Positions 18,349 to 26,016 of a stretch of 64,000 nt of DNA are shown piece after piece. The position numbers and the translations under genes were made by a program. The DNA is from Candidatus Woesearchaeota archaeon (GTDB taxonomy: Archaea > Nanobdellota > Nanobdellia > Woesearchaeales > JAHWIC01). The notes below the pieces were generated by a model, which saw only the letters and a program-made list of their open reading frames with translations, was not told the origin of the DNA and made no database searches. Within the stretch, counting starts at the first letter, position 1; every line of letters begins with the position of its first letter. The stretch covers positions 23,216-87,215 of the forward strand of contig JAHWIK010000015.1 in NCBI GenBank assembly GCA_019322485.1. The letters run 5' to 3'.

Positions 18349-19614
18349 TTAATTTATCCAGCCTAATTCTTTAGCAGTTTGTTGGCAAATTACAATCTGG
18401 TTTAGATTGGCACCCTGTCCTCCTCCATCCTCAGACAACACGATACCACCACACATTAAACATGCCTTATTTTGAGGATATAAAGGTTCTTTATTGGGCT
18501 CAGGAATTCCTTCTGGTATGTTGCAGCAGGACATGTAGGGTCCCCTTGGACAAGGTGCTGTATATTTGTCCTTTACAAAAGAAAGACCACTAAAATAACC
18601 AAGATTATGAGCATTTTCATGTATAAATGTTTCCAACTTTTCATCTCGATACGCGGATGAAGTTTCGAGTGAAATGTAAATGTTTGGGAAAGGGGCAAAA
18701 CTTAAGAAACCTTGATAACCACCATTTTGATGGAAGTCATTTAAAAAAATTATCGTGATACTGTCATAATGACTTATATTGATTTTCTGTTTTTTAATTT
18801 CTTTATCAAAAAAATCTACTATATCTTGATTTGACCCTGTGCGCCTTCCTCTTTGTGGAGGATCTTCTTCCAGCTTATATGGTCCAAAAATTGAAACATT
18901 AAAGATGTCATTATCATAGCTATAGCCATACCTTGCTGCTTCTTTCTTGAAAAAGTCATTTATATAAAACAAAGAGTGGGGTCCTGGGCTTCTGGTTGGT
19001 ACCGACTCGTCTGCTGTTACCTCGAGACCAAAATATCCATTAGGATTATTCAATACTTCTAAGAATGAAAAAGATTTATCTTCAATATCACAGTTCAATT
19101 GGCCGTTTGTCCAAAAACATTCTCTTTCGCCACTTAAATAATGTGTTCTGCAACAATAATAAGCTCTGCCATATTCAAAATCATCCTTAGCTTTAAATTC
19201 AATAACTGCAATTTTAATTGGCCTTCTTAATGACCCTTTTATACATTTGCCACCCTCACAAACAGAAAGCCCAGAACATTTATCTTGACATGATTTTATA
19301 CAAGCTCCATCTCTACAACCGTTTTCGCATTCATAAGGTTCAATTCTTATTCTATTGTTGCTGCAATAGTACTCATAAAGAGTATTGTTATTTCTGCATC
19401 TATCGGTATATATCCTTGTTATGCTTTTGTTCAGCCTAAACCAAGTCTTATAGGTATAACTTACACTTCCTTTTGTAAAATAATTTTGGCCGTCACTATC
19501 TGAACAGGATTCAGAACTTAACCAAAAAAATCCTCCGGTAAAATCTTTTATTTCTGCTAAATATACGGCTAGGAGGAGTAAGACAACCACAAGGATAATT
19601 GTTGACTTTTTCAT
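18349..19614 (-). CDS. secreted Cys-rich protein with an HExxH metalloprotease motif
   Basis: N-terminal signal/TM 'IILVVVLLLLAVYLA', the Cys module 'CSDSDGQ...YEYYC...CRDGAC', and 'FIHENAHNLGY'. Confidence 0.6.
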   Translation of the reverse strand: MKKSTIILVVVLLLLAVYLAEIKDFTGGFFWLSSESCSDSDGQNYFTKGSVSYTYKTWFRLNKSITRIYTDRCRNNNTLYEYYCSNNRIRIEPYECENGCRDGACIKSCQDKCSGLSVCEGGKCIKGSLRRPIKIAVIEFKAKDDFEYGRAYYCCRTHYLSGERECFWTNGQLNCDIEDKSFSFLEVLNNPNGYFGLEVTADESVPTRSPGPHSLFYINDFFKKEAARYGYSYDNDIFNVSIFGPYKLEEDPPQRGRRTGSNQDIVDFFDKEIKKQKINISHYDSITIIFLNDFHQNGGYQGFLSFAPFPNIYISLETSSAYRDEKLETFIHENAHNLGYFSGLSFVKDKYTAPCPRGPYMSCCNIPEGIPEPNKEPLYPQNKACLMCGGIVLSEDGGGQGANLNQIVICQQTAKELGWIN

Positions 19615-19767
19615 TGATTTAGATTATTTTTTTGGTTGTATATAAATTTTTTGACCCATTCAATCATTTTTTTGTTTATTGCTGACCTGCTTTAAGCGGC
19701 TCTTGCAGACTCAAAAATTGAATATGCTATAGAAAACTATAAATACCAATTCATTCAAAATAAGAGT

Positions 19768-20229
19768 ATGAAATACACAATATTATTGTCTTTATTGTCA
19801 ATTATAATAATAAGCGGTTGTTATGCTGAAAAATTAAATGAGGGGGATATTTATATCGATAGGATTGAAATAGTGAATCAGAGGTCTTGCGAAGAAATTG
19901 AAGCAGCTATGGAAACATCGGAATTAGCGAGACTTGATGGTTATAAAACAATGGCTGAAGTTTATACTTATGTAAGCCCTATAGAAGAATCGAGTGGACA
20001 AGATTATGCTTGCATTATCTTAAGAGAGGATCAGTATGATATGTATAAAAAAACTGGCAAGTTAGGATATACTGGTTGGAAACCTGGACTAAATAAAGCT
20101 GAAAGTCTACTTGGATTAGAACTAGATAAAACCACTAAAGTGTATTTTTGTTGTTATATTGTTGATGAGAATGGAGAGAAGATTTCTAATGATTTATGCA
20201 GTGAAAAGACATTTGAAAAAGTTTGTTAG
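19768..20229 (+). CDS. small secreted lipoprotein-like protein
   Basis: Signal with a lipobox-like 'IIIISGC', then a Cys-containing domain. Confidence 0.5.
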   Translation: MKYTILLSLLSIIIISGCYAEKLNEGDIYIDRIEIVNQRSCEEIEAAMETSELARLDGYKTMAEVYTYVSPIEESSGQDYACIILREDQYDMYKKTGKLGYTGWKPGLNKAESLLGLELDKTTKVYFCCYIVDENGEKISNDLCSEKTFEKVC

Positions 20230-20388
20230 TAACAAAAGAGCGATTAAATTAGCAGCAGACTTTATAGTTAAATTAATTCTTGCTTTAGTCTTATTCTTTT
20301 TGGGAATAGTTTTTGTAATAAGATGGATAGGGTTATTTTAGTGGATGAGCCGCCTATATGTTCTTTCTGAATTGGATATAGTTGATAT

Positions 20389-20739
20389 TTACCTTATCTC
20401 AACTTCACAGGTCTTCTTCGGCTCAACAGAAGCCTTTAGGACTCTTATTGTAAGTCCAAGAGCGCTTCTCTCTGTTCCTGTTGTTATGGTCAGGGTTTCT
20501 TCATCAACCCTTATCCTGCAGAAGGTTTCCTGCGGGCTGACATCAACAAGGATAAGATTTCTGCCTTCATGCTCAGTGATAAATCCTTTTCTAAGCACTA
20601 CAACAGGTTCTGGCTCAGGCTCTTTCTCTACTGCTGCTTCTTCTTCAGCTGCAGCCTCTGGTTCAGGAGCTTCCTCCTCAACAGGCTTAGCGCAGCCAAT
20701 AAGCAAAAACAAGATAAGAACTGAAATTATCTTTTTCAT
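20389..20739 (-). CDS. lipoprotein-like secreted protein, paralog of the upstream gene
   Basis: 'LFLLIGCAKP' lipobox, an acidic linker, and a C-terminal ~70-aa domain shared with 20744..21232. Confidence 0.55.
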   Translation of the reverse strand: MKKIISVLILFLLIGCAKPVEEEAPEPEAAAEEEAAVEKEPEPEPVVVLRKGFITEHEGRNLILVDVSPQETFCRIRVDEETLTITTGTERSALGLTIRVLKASVEPKKTCEVEIR

Positions 20740-20743
20740 ATTA

Positions 20744-21232
20744 TCACCTCAACATAACTCTGCATGTTTCATCAGGGCTAAGGGATGGTTCAAGCACTTC
20801 TATGGTAATGCCCTGGATGCTTCTTGACTTTCCTTTGGTTATCAATATGCTCTCGCCATCTACCCTGAACGAGCAGTATGTTTTTTTTGGGCTTACATGG
20901 CTTAGAATAACATCCTTGCCCCTGAATTGAGTAACAATCCCAATTTCAAGCACTGTGCCAGGTTTTGGCGGCTCAGGCTCTGCCTCAACCTCTTCTATTT
21001 CCTCAACAACAGGCTCAAATTTAGGCTCTTCTTTTTTTCTTTCTGGTATTAACTCCTTGATGTTGCTTCTTACATCTTCGATAGAAATAAACTGCGATAG
21101 GTCTGGTCCAGCTAGAAACAGAAAAGCGAGAAGAAGCACAACCACAATAGCTATGTTAATCATGCGCGCCTTTCTTTGCTTCTCTAATTCATCTATGTCC
21201 TGTATTAACTTGGTTTCTGTTGTTTTCTTCAT
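20744..21232 (-). CDS. single-pass membrane protein, paralog of the downstream gene
   Basis: TM 'INIAIVVVLLLAFLFLAG', an acidic linker, and a C-terminal domain alignable with 20389..20739. Confidence 0.55.
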   Translation of the reverse strand: MKKTTETKLIQDIDELEKQRKARMINIAIVVVLLLAFLFLAGPDLSQFISIEDVRSNIKELIPERKKEEPKFEPVVEEIEEVEAEPEPPKPGTVLEIGIVTQFRGKDVILSHVSPKKTYCSFRVDGESILITKGKSRSIQGITIEVLEPSLSPDETCRVMLR

Positions 21233-21537
21233 AGTCTCTTGTATTCCTTCTTAACTCGTACCTTAATCTTGTTTATAGGAGCAAAGACTGGCCTCCCAAG
21301 GTGGTTAAACTCAACTCTTTTCTTCTCTTCATCTATATGCCTTACCTCTCCTTCTATATGGGGCTTGTCAGCTAGCCTAACCACATCGTGCATGGTTATT
21401 TGGTGTATACTGCGGACTGATTTCCAGCGGCCTCCCTTGCTTTTTACTCTGACCTGATGTATTTTAGCACTACTATCAGCTACTGATGAGCCAAATTTTT
21501 CGTGATGAGGCCTTCTCCTGGAAAATATTATTGACAT
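21229..21537 (-). CDS. small basic hypothetical protein (102 aa)
   Basis: The ORF overlaps the next gene by 4 nt (operon-like). I recognise no motif. Confidence 0.45.
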   Translation of the reverse strand: MSIIFSRRRPHHEKFGSSVADSSAKIHQVRVKSKGGRWKSVRSIHQITMHDVVRLADKPHIEGEVRHIDEEKKRVEFNHLGRPVFAPINKIKVRVKKEYKRL

Positions 21538-21585
21538 TTTTATTCCTTTTATGATATATGCAAAGCACTTATTTAAGTTTTACTG

Positions 21586-22830
21586 TTATTTCTTTTTGCT
21601 CTTTACCTTCTTTTTTCTTTTCAATTTTCTGCCGCATTTATAGCAGAATTTAGCGCCTGGCGCATTCCTGGCTTTGCATTTCCTGCATATGGTGAGCTTA
21701 GGCTTTGGCTGTTCTTTTAATTTTTTAGCTTTGATAATCCTGTAGATAATCCATCCAATTAAAATCAAAAAAGCCAGGCCTAAAGTTCCGAATGCAATTG
21801 TGTTCATAAAAGCCCTTAATTTCCATGCTTCCTGGGCCTCTTTTTTTATATCAGCTAATTCCTTTATGCGTTCTTCATCCTCTGTTCTTTTGCACTCACC
21901 GCAGTCAGCAGCACAGCCCCTACATGTTTCTCCAGGCTGGCAAACACCATCACCGCACCAGTCGCAATCCTCAGCACAAACACCCTGCTCTTCAACCTCA
22001 CAGATGCCATTTCCGCAGTATGTTTCACAAACACCTAAGGAGGTGCACCTTTCATAGGCGCCGCAGGCACAATCCTTTGCAGAATTCCTGCAGTTTTCGT
22101 TAACTCCAGCATCACAAAAGCCGTCATTTCTTATAAACGGCGAATGGCTGCATGCCTTATGCACGCAATAGCTCCCTTCGCACTCATCTGCTTCATTGCA
22201 GAATTGTCCATCACATTTGCCTACATCAACTGGGCAGTTGCTGCATGTCTCGTATTGTTTCTCTTTCACCTCATTGCCGCAGTAGGTTGCGCATTTACGC
22301 TCATCAACATCTCTTTTGGAATCGCCTTTATCATCTATACAGCTTTTATTTGGGTCACAGGAACAGTCATTTTCTGCGCTGATGCAGGATTCGTAGCTGT
22401 TCCTTGTAGTGCAGATGCCATCACCTTCATATCCAAAGTCAAAACTTATTGTCTTGGTCTCTGTCTTTGTTGGCGGTGATGTCGGCCATGGATAGCAGGT
22501 CCATGTCTGCTTGCCAACACAGTTTACAATCAGGGGGGTTGAAACATGCCCGAAAATACCCTTTGCTTCTACCCTAAACCCAAAATTCTTAGTCTGCCCC
22601 GCCACAAGGTCTTCGCCTATATCCCCATTATGGTCTTCAGTTTTCCAATTGCATGTAAGCTTGCAGATATTGCTAAGACCCATATTGATGTTAGAAGTAA
22701 GTTCTACAGTCTCCCCCTGGTAAGGAAGGGATGCAGGACTGGGAATAGAACCAATGGTATACTCATAGGCATATGCAGGCTGAAGACTTACTAATAAAAC
22801 AAACAAAATGCATAGCGGTGTTTTGAGCAT
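21586..22830 (-). CDS. type-I membrane protein: Cys-rich ectodomain, one TM segment, cytoplasmic zinc ribbon
   Basis: Signal 'ILFVLLVSLQPAYA'. 'YCGNGICE..CAEDCDWCGDGVCQPGETCRGCAADCGEC' repeats. TM 'GTLGLAFLILIGWIIYRII'. Tail 'CRKCKARNAPGAKFCYKCG'. Confidence 0.6.
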   Translation of the reverse strand: MLKTPLCILFVLLVSLQPAYAYEYTIGSIPSPASLPYQGETVELTSNINMGLSNICKLTCNWKTEDHNGDIGEDLVAGQTKNFGFRVEAKGIFGHVSTPLIVNCVGKQTWTCYPWPTSPPTKTETKTISFDFGYEGDGICTTRNSYESCISAENDCSCDPNKSCIDDKGDSKRDVDERKCATYCGNEVKEKQYETCSNCPVDVGKCDGQFCNEADECEGSYCVHKACSHSPFIRNDGFCDAGVNENCRNSAKDCACGAYERCTSLGVCETYCGNGICEVEEQGVCAEDCDWCGDGVCQPGETCRGCAADCGECKRTEDEERIKELADIKKEAQEAWKLRAFMNTIAFGTLGLAFLILIGWIIYRIIKAKKLKEQPKPKLTICRKCKARNAPGAKFCYKCGRKLKRKKKVKSKKK

Positions 22831-22869
22831 TTTTACTATACCTTGTCCTTTTGTAATTTAAAGTTTTCC

Positions 22870-24288
22870 TTAACCTGCTATAAACTCTATGATTCTGTCA
22901 TATACTTCCGGGGTAGTTAGAGGATACAGCATATAAGTGTGCTTAAACCTTTCTCCAGTGTAAGCCAGGTTCTTAGCGCCTTGTAAAGGCACGCTTGTAG
23001 AGCAGACAACATCATCATGGTATAGTTCAGTCTTGCCGCAGGGATAATAAGGCACTACACCAGCAACATGAATCATTCCTTTTTTTGCTTTTCCGGTTAT
23101 AGTCAGGTATCTTGTTCTACCTGGGGTTTCATCACCTGAGTTCAGCCTTGTCAGGAATGGACTTCCCTCAACCATGTCATAGCACTCCAGCCCAGGATGG
23201 GAAAAACTGCAGCCCACTGCAGGAGCTATTATATTTTCCCCGCCAATAATTCCGTGGTTTGGTGTTCCGATTGTAACAAGAACCTCAACACTCCCGCTTC
23301 CATATTTTCTTATATATTCTCTTGACACTAATCCGCCCATGGAATGGGCTATGATTATGACCTTGTTCTTTCCAGTGTAGTGCTTTAAGGTATCTATTGT
23401 CTTCTTAATCCTGTCTGAGTAGGCTGAGATATCCTTTTCATCCTCAACGCCAATTATCGAGCCCCTGTCATCATATACACCTAGGTAATAGGTTGTTCTT
23501 ACACAGACTGGTTTGTTTAGCTTTCCCCACAGTCCTGCTCCAACAGATTCCTCTCTTGCGCTTGGCAGCAGGATACCTTTGTTGATATAAAGGCCGTCTT
23601 TCTCAAGTTTATTCTGGAACTCTAAAAAATGATTTATGTTAGAATAATCTACATCCTCATTTTCTTTTGCAGAATGCCCATGGATAAGGATAATTGGTAA
23701 ATCAGTGTTGGGGTCAACGCTTTCTTGGGGTATGTATTCCTCTTTGCAGTCTGCAGGGCAATTCATTGGATTTTCATTAGCATCGCATCTTCCATTGCCG
23801 CAGGTTATAATCTCGCATCTTCTTGTTTTTGTGTTGCATCTTCCGTTAACACCACATCTGCAGTCATTAGGCGCTGTAACACAGTTTTCCCCAAGTTCAG
23901 ATTCACAGAGGCCGTCCTGGCAGTCAACTAAACCGCAGTCCTTGTCGCAGCCAAGCCCACACTCCCCAGGATTGCAGATTAGGTCGCCGCAATAAGAGTC
24001 TGCCTCGCAGCTTCCGCAGTCTTTTGCGCATGCAGAACAGCTTTCTTCTGCCTGGCAGAAATAATCCCCGCACCAGTCGCAGTCTAAGGAACATATGCCT
24101 CCCTCGTCTTCCTGGCAGATTCCGTCACCGCACCAGTCGCAATCAGCAAAACACAGTTCAACCTCATTTTCCTGGCAGATTCCATCACCGCAATAAGGCT
24201 TATTTGCAATGAAGAATAAATAACCAGAACCGCTTACCAAAAGGACAATGATGAACACCACAACTATTTCATTTTCAGATATTTTCAT
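22870..24288 (-). CDS. membrane-anchored Cys-rich repeat protein fused to an alpha/beta-hydrolase (lipase/PGAP1-like) domain
   Basis: N-terminal TM, 'YCGDGICQ..CFADCDWCGDGICQ..CSLDCDWCGDYFCQ' repeats, 'PIILIHGHS' and the nucleophile elbow 'IIAHSMGG'. Confidence 0.7.
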   Translation of the reverse strand: MKISENEIVVVFIIVLLVSGSGYLFFIANKPYCGDGICQENEVELCFADCDWCGDGICQEDEGGICSLDCDWCGDYFCQAEESCSACAKDCGSCEADSYCGDLICNPGECGLGCDKDCGLVDCQDGLCESELGENCVTAPNDCRCGVNGRCNTKTRRCEIITCGNGRCDANENPMNCPADCKEEYIPQESVDPNTDLPIILIHGHSAKENEDVDYSNINHFLEFQNKLEKDGLYINKGILLPSAREESVGAGLWGKLNKPVCVRTTYYLGVYDDRGSIIGVEDEKDISAYSDRIKKTIDTLKHYTGKNKVIIIAHSMGGLVSREYIRKYGSGSVEVLVTIGTPNHGIIGGENIIAPAVGCSFSHPGLECYDMVEGSPFLTRLNSGDETPGRTRYLTITGKAKKGMIHVAGVVPYYPCGKTELYHDDVVCSTSVPLQGAKNLAYTGERFKHTYMLYPLTTPEVYDRIIEFIAG

Positions 24289-24484
24289 AGGTGTGAGTTG
24301 GGGATTATCCTATTTAAGTTTTTGCTAAATTTAAAAAAACTTATAAAGAGGTTTGGACTTCCGGCAGTTATATGGCTCCTCTAGAAGTATCGGAAATGGC
24401 CCTGAGAATTGGTGTTCCTGTGTTGATGGGTATTACAGCTAGTGTCTATATTTTTGACTATTTTCTTAGAAGAAGGCAGTATGA

Positions 24485-24838
24485 TTAGTCTTTTGTGATT
24501 AGCTCATCAGCCTCAATATAAGGCTTTGTTCCTGCAAAAGGAATCTCACCATAACGGATTGTCCCCCTTACAACATAATCAACCTCATACTCAAATGTTT
24601 GCTGCGCTACTGCTTTCTTTACATAAAGATAAGGGCCACCGCTTACCTTAGCCCATTCCCGCTTTGCTGTTCCATCTATGATGCCCCTTATCTCAACTTC
24701 CATGCCTTCATACTTTTCAGGATTATCATTTATTGCTTTAATCAATGCACCATCACTTGCTTTTCTTACAATAATCTCATAGCCACCAAACTGGCAGCCG
24801 CATAAAAAAATTAAAAATAAAACTAATAGTTTTTTCAT
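24485..24838 (-). CDS. small lipoprotein-like protein, last gene of the giant-protein operon
   Basis: 'LFLIFLCGCQ' lipobox-like signal. 4-nt overlap with the upstream gene. Confidence 0.5.
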   Translation of the reverse strand: MKKLLVLFLIFLCGCQFGGYEIIVRKASDGALIKAINDNPEKYEGMEVEIRGIIDGTAKREWAKVSGGPYLYVKKAVAQQTFEYEVDYVVRGTIRYGEIPFAGTKPYIEADELITKD

Positions 24839-26016
24839 TTTTTCTTCCTCTTTTTAGGCTTTAGTTTCTTTATCATTATTATCAATGCTGCAGCTATAAT
24901 AGCTAAGGCAACTGCCACATACAACAATGGAGATACCTTTCTTTCTGCTTCGTGCAGCTCTATTGTAAACTCCCTTTCAAAGGTTTTATCTTTATAGTAA
25001 GCCTTTGCCTTTAGTTCATAAGATCCAAGCTCCAGCTCATGCGCTTCCCAATGAAGCCTTACAGAGCTGTTCCTGTTTGGTTCGATATCAATCCTGTTTG
25101 CTTCCATAGCTGCAATTACTGTGCCATTCCTGATAATATCTGCAGTCAGGTTAACATCCTCAAGCTCTTTATTCCAGTTTGACCCTAAGAACATATTTAT
25201 CCTGTTGATTTTATCAACAACAGCAGTTCTTGTTCCTAAGAAAATCAGCACCCCTTCTTCACCAATCCTAAAACTTCCAGTTTCTTCTACTGCTTTTCCG
25301 GAAAACTTAATGATTGATTCTGCATCATACTCACCAGGCTTGAACAGGAACTTCTTTATGGTTAATTGGTTTTCATGACTTTTTCCAGGCTCAATAGTAA
25401 ATGTTGCTTTTGGCAGGGATAGTATCTTCTTCTCTGTATTTCCCAGAATCTTATAACCAAGCACTACATCATGGAATCCATTTACAAGTGCAGCTTTGTA
25501 CAGGCTTGCAACTTTCTCTTTATTCTCATATATGTTAAGGTCATTCTCTATTCCTCCAATTGTTATTGCGCCTTTGTTTTCCATTACTGTTGTAAATTTC
25601 ATAAGATATTGGCTGTCATCAATAACCAAAAGCTCTGTTTTAAGGTATTCCTCAGGATACGGAACAAATAAATTAACCGTATGATGTACTGATGGCTTTG
25701 TTGTTACTGTTCCTGAACCTGCTGGTTCTTCATATACAACTATCTTAGCCTGATGCTCGCCAGGCCCGAAAGGCCCTGATAGGTTAAAGCTGAATTCTTT
25801 TGGGCCTATTACAACCCCTTCACGCGCAATCTCCACGTCAAGCTCACCTTCAACACCAATTGTAATCCTTGTTGGAAGGTTTGATGAAGGTATAACTGTA
25901 AAAACACCTGAATGCTCTTTATTCCCAAAGAAATCTGTCTTTGCGGGCATTGCCCCTAAAGCAAACACAGCGTCTATTGAAAGCACCAATATAATAAATA
26001 AAATCCATTTTTTCAT
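24835..26016 (-). CDS. secreted beta-rich protein with a C-terminal TM anchor and basic tail
   Basis: Signal 'ILFIILVLSIDAVFA'. C-terminal 'LLYVAVALAIIAAALIIMIKKLKPKKRKKK'. 4-nt overlap with the giant gene. Confidence 0.55.
   Translation of the reverse strand: MKKWILFIILVLSIDAVFALGAMPAKTDFFGNKEHSGVFTVIPSSNLPTRITIGVEGELDVEIAREGVVIGPKEFSFNLSGPFGPGEHQAKIVVYEEPAGSGTVTTKPSVHHTVNLFVPYPEEYLKTELLVIDDSQYLMKFTTVMENKGAITIGGIENDLNIYENKEKVASLYKAALVNGFHDVVLGYKILGNTEKKILSLPKATFTIEPGKSHENQLTIKKFLFKPGEYDAESIIKFSGKAVEETGSFRIGEEGVLIFLGTRTAVVDKINRINMFLGSNWNKELEDVNLTADIIRNGTVIAAMEANRIDIEPNRNSSVRLHWEAHELELGSYELKAKAYYKDKTFEREFTIELHEAERKVSPLLYVAVALAIIAAALIIMIKKLKPKKRKKK

Noticed and set aside
20345-20827. 160-aa plus-strand ORF
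   Set aside because: It is antisense to the two paralogous lipoprotein/TM genes. The minus-strand ORFs have signal peptides and a shared domain.
24372-24488. Possible 38-aa single-TM mini-ORF (MAPLEVSEMALRIGVPVLMGITASVYIFDYFLRRRQYD) in the gap after the lipase gene
   Set aside because: It has a hydrophobic core, but I have no conservation or ribosome-binding evidence and it overlaps the 3' end of the 117-aa gene. I cannot support it as a feature.
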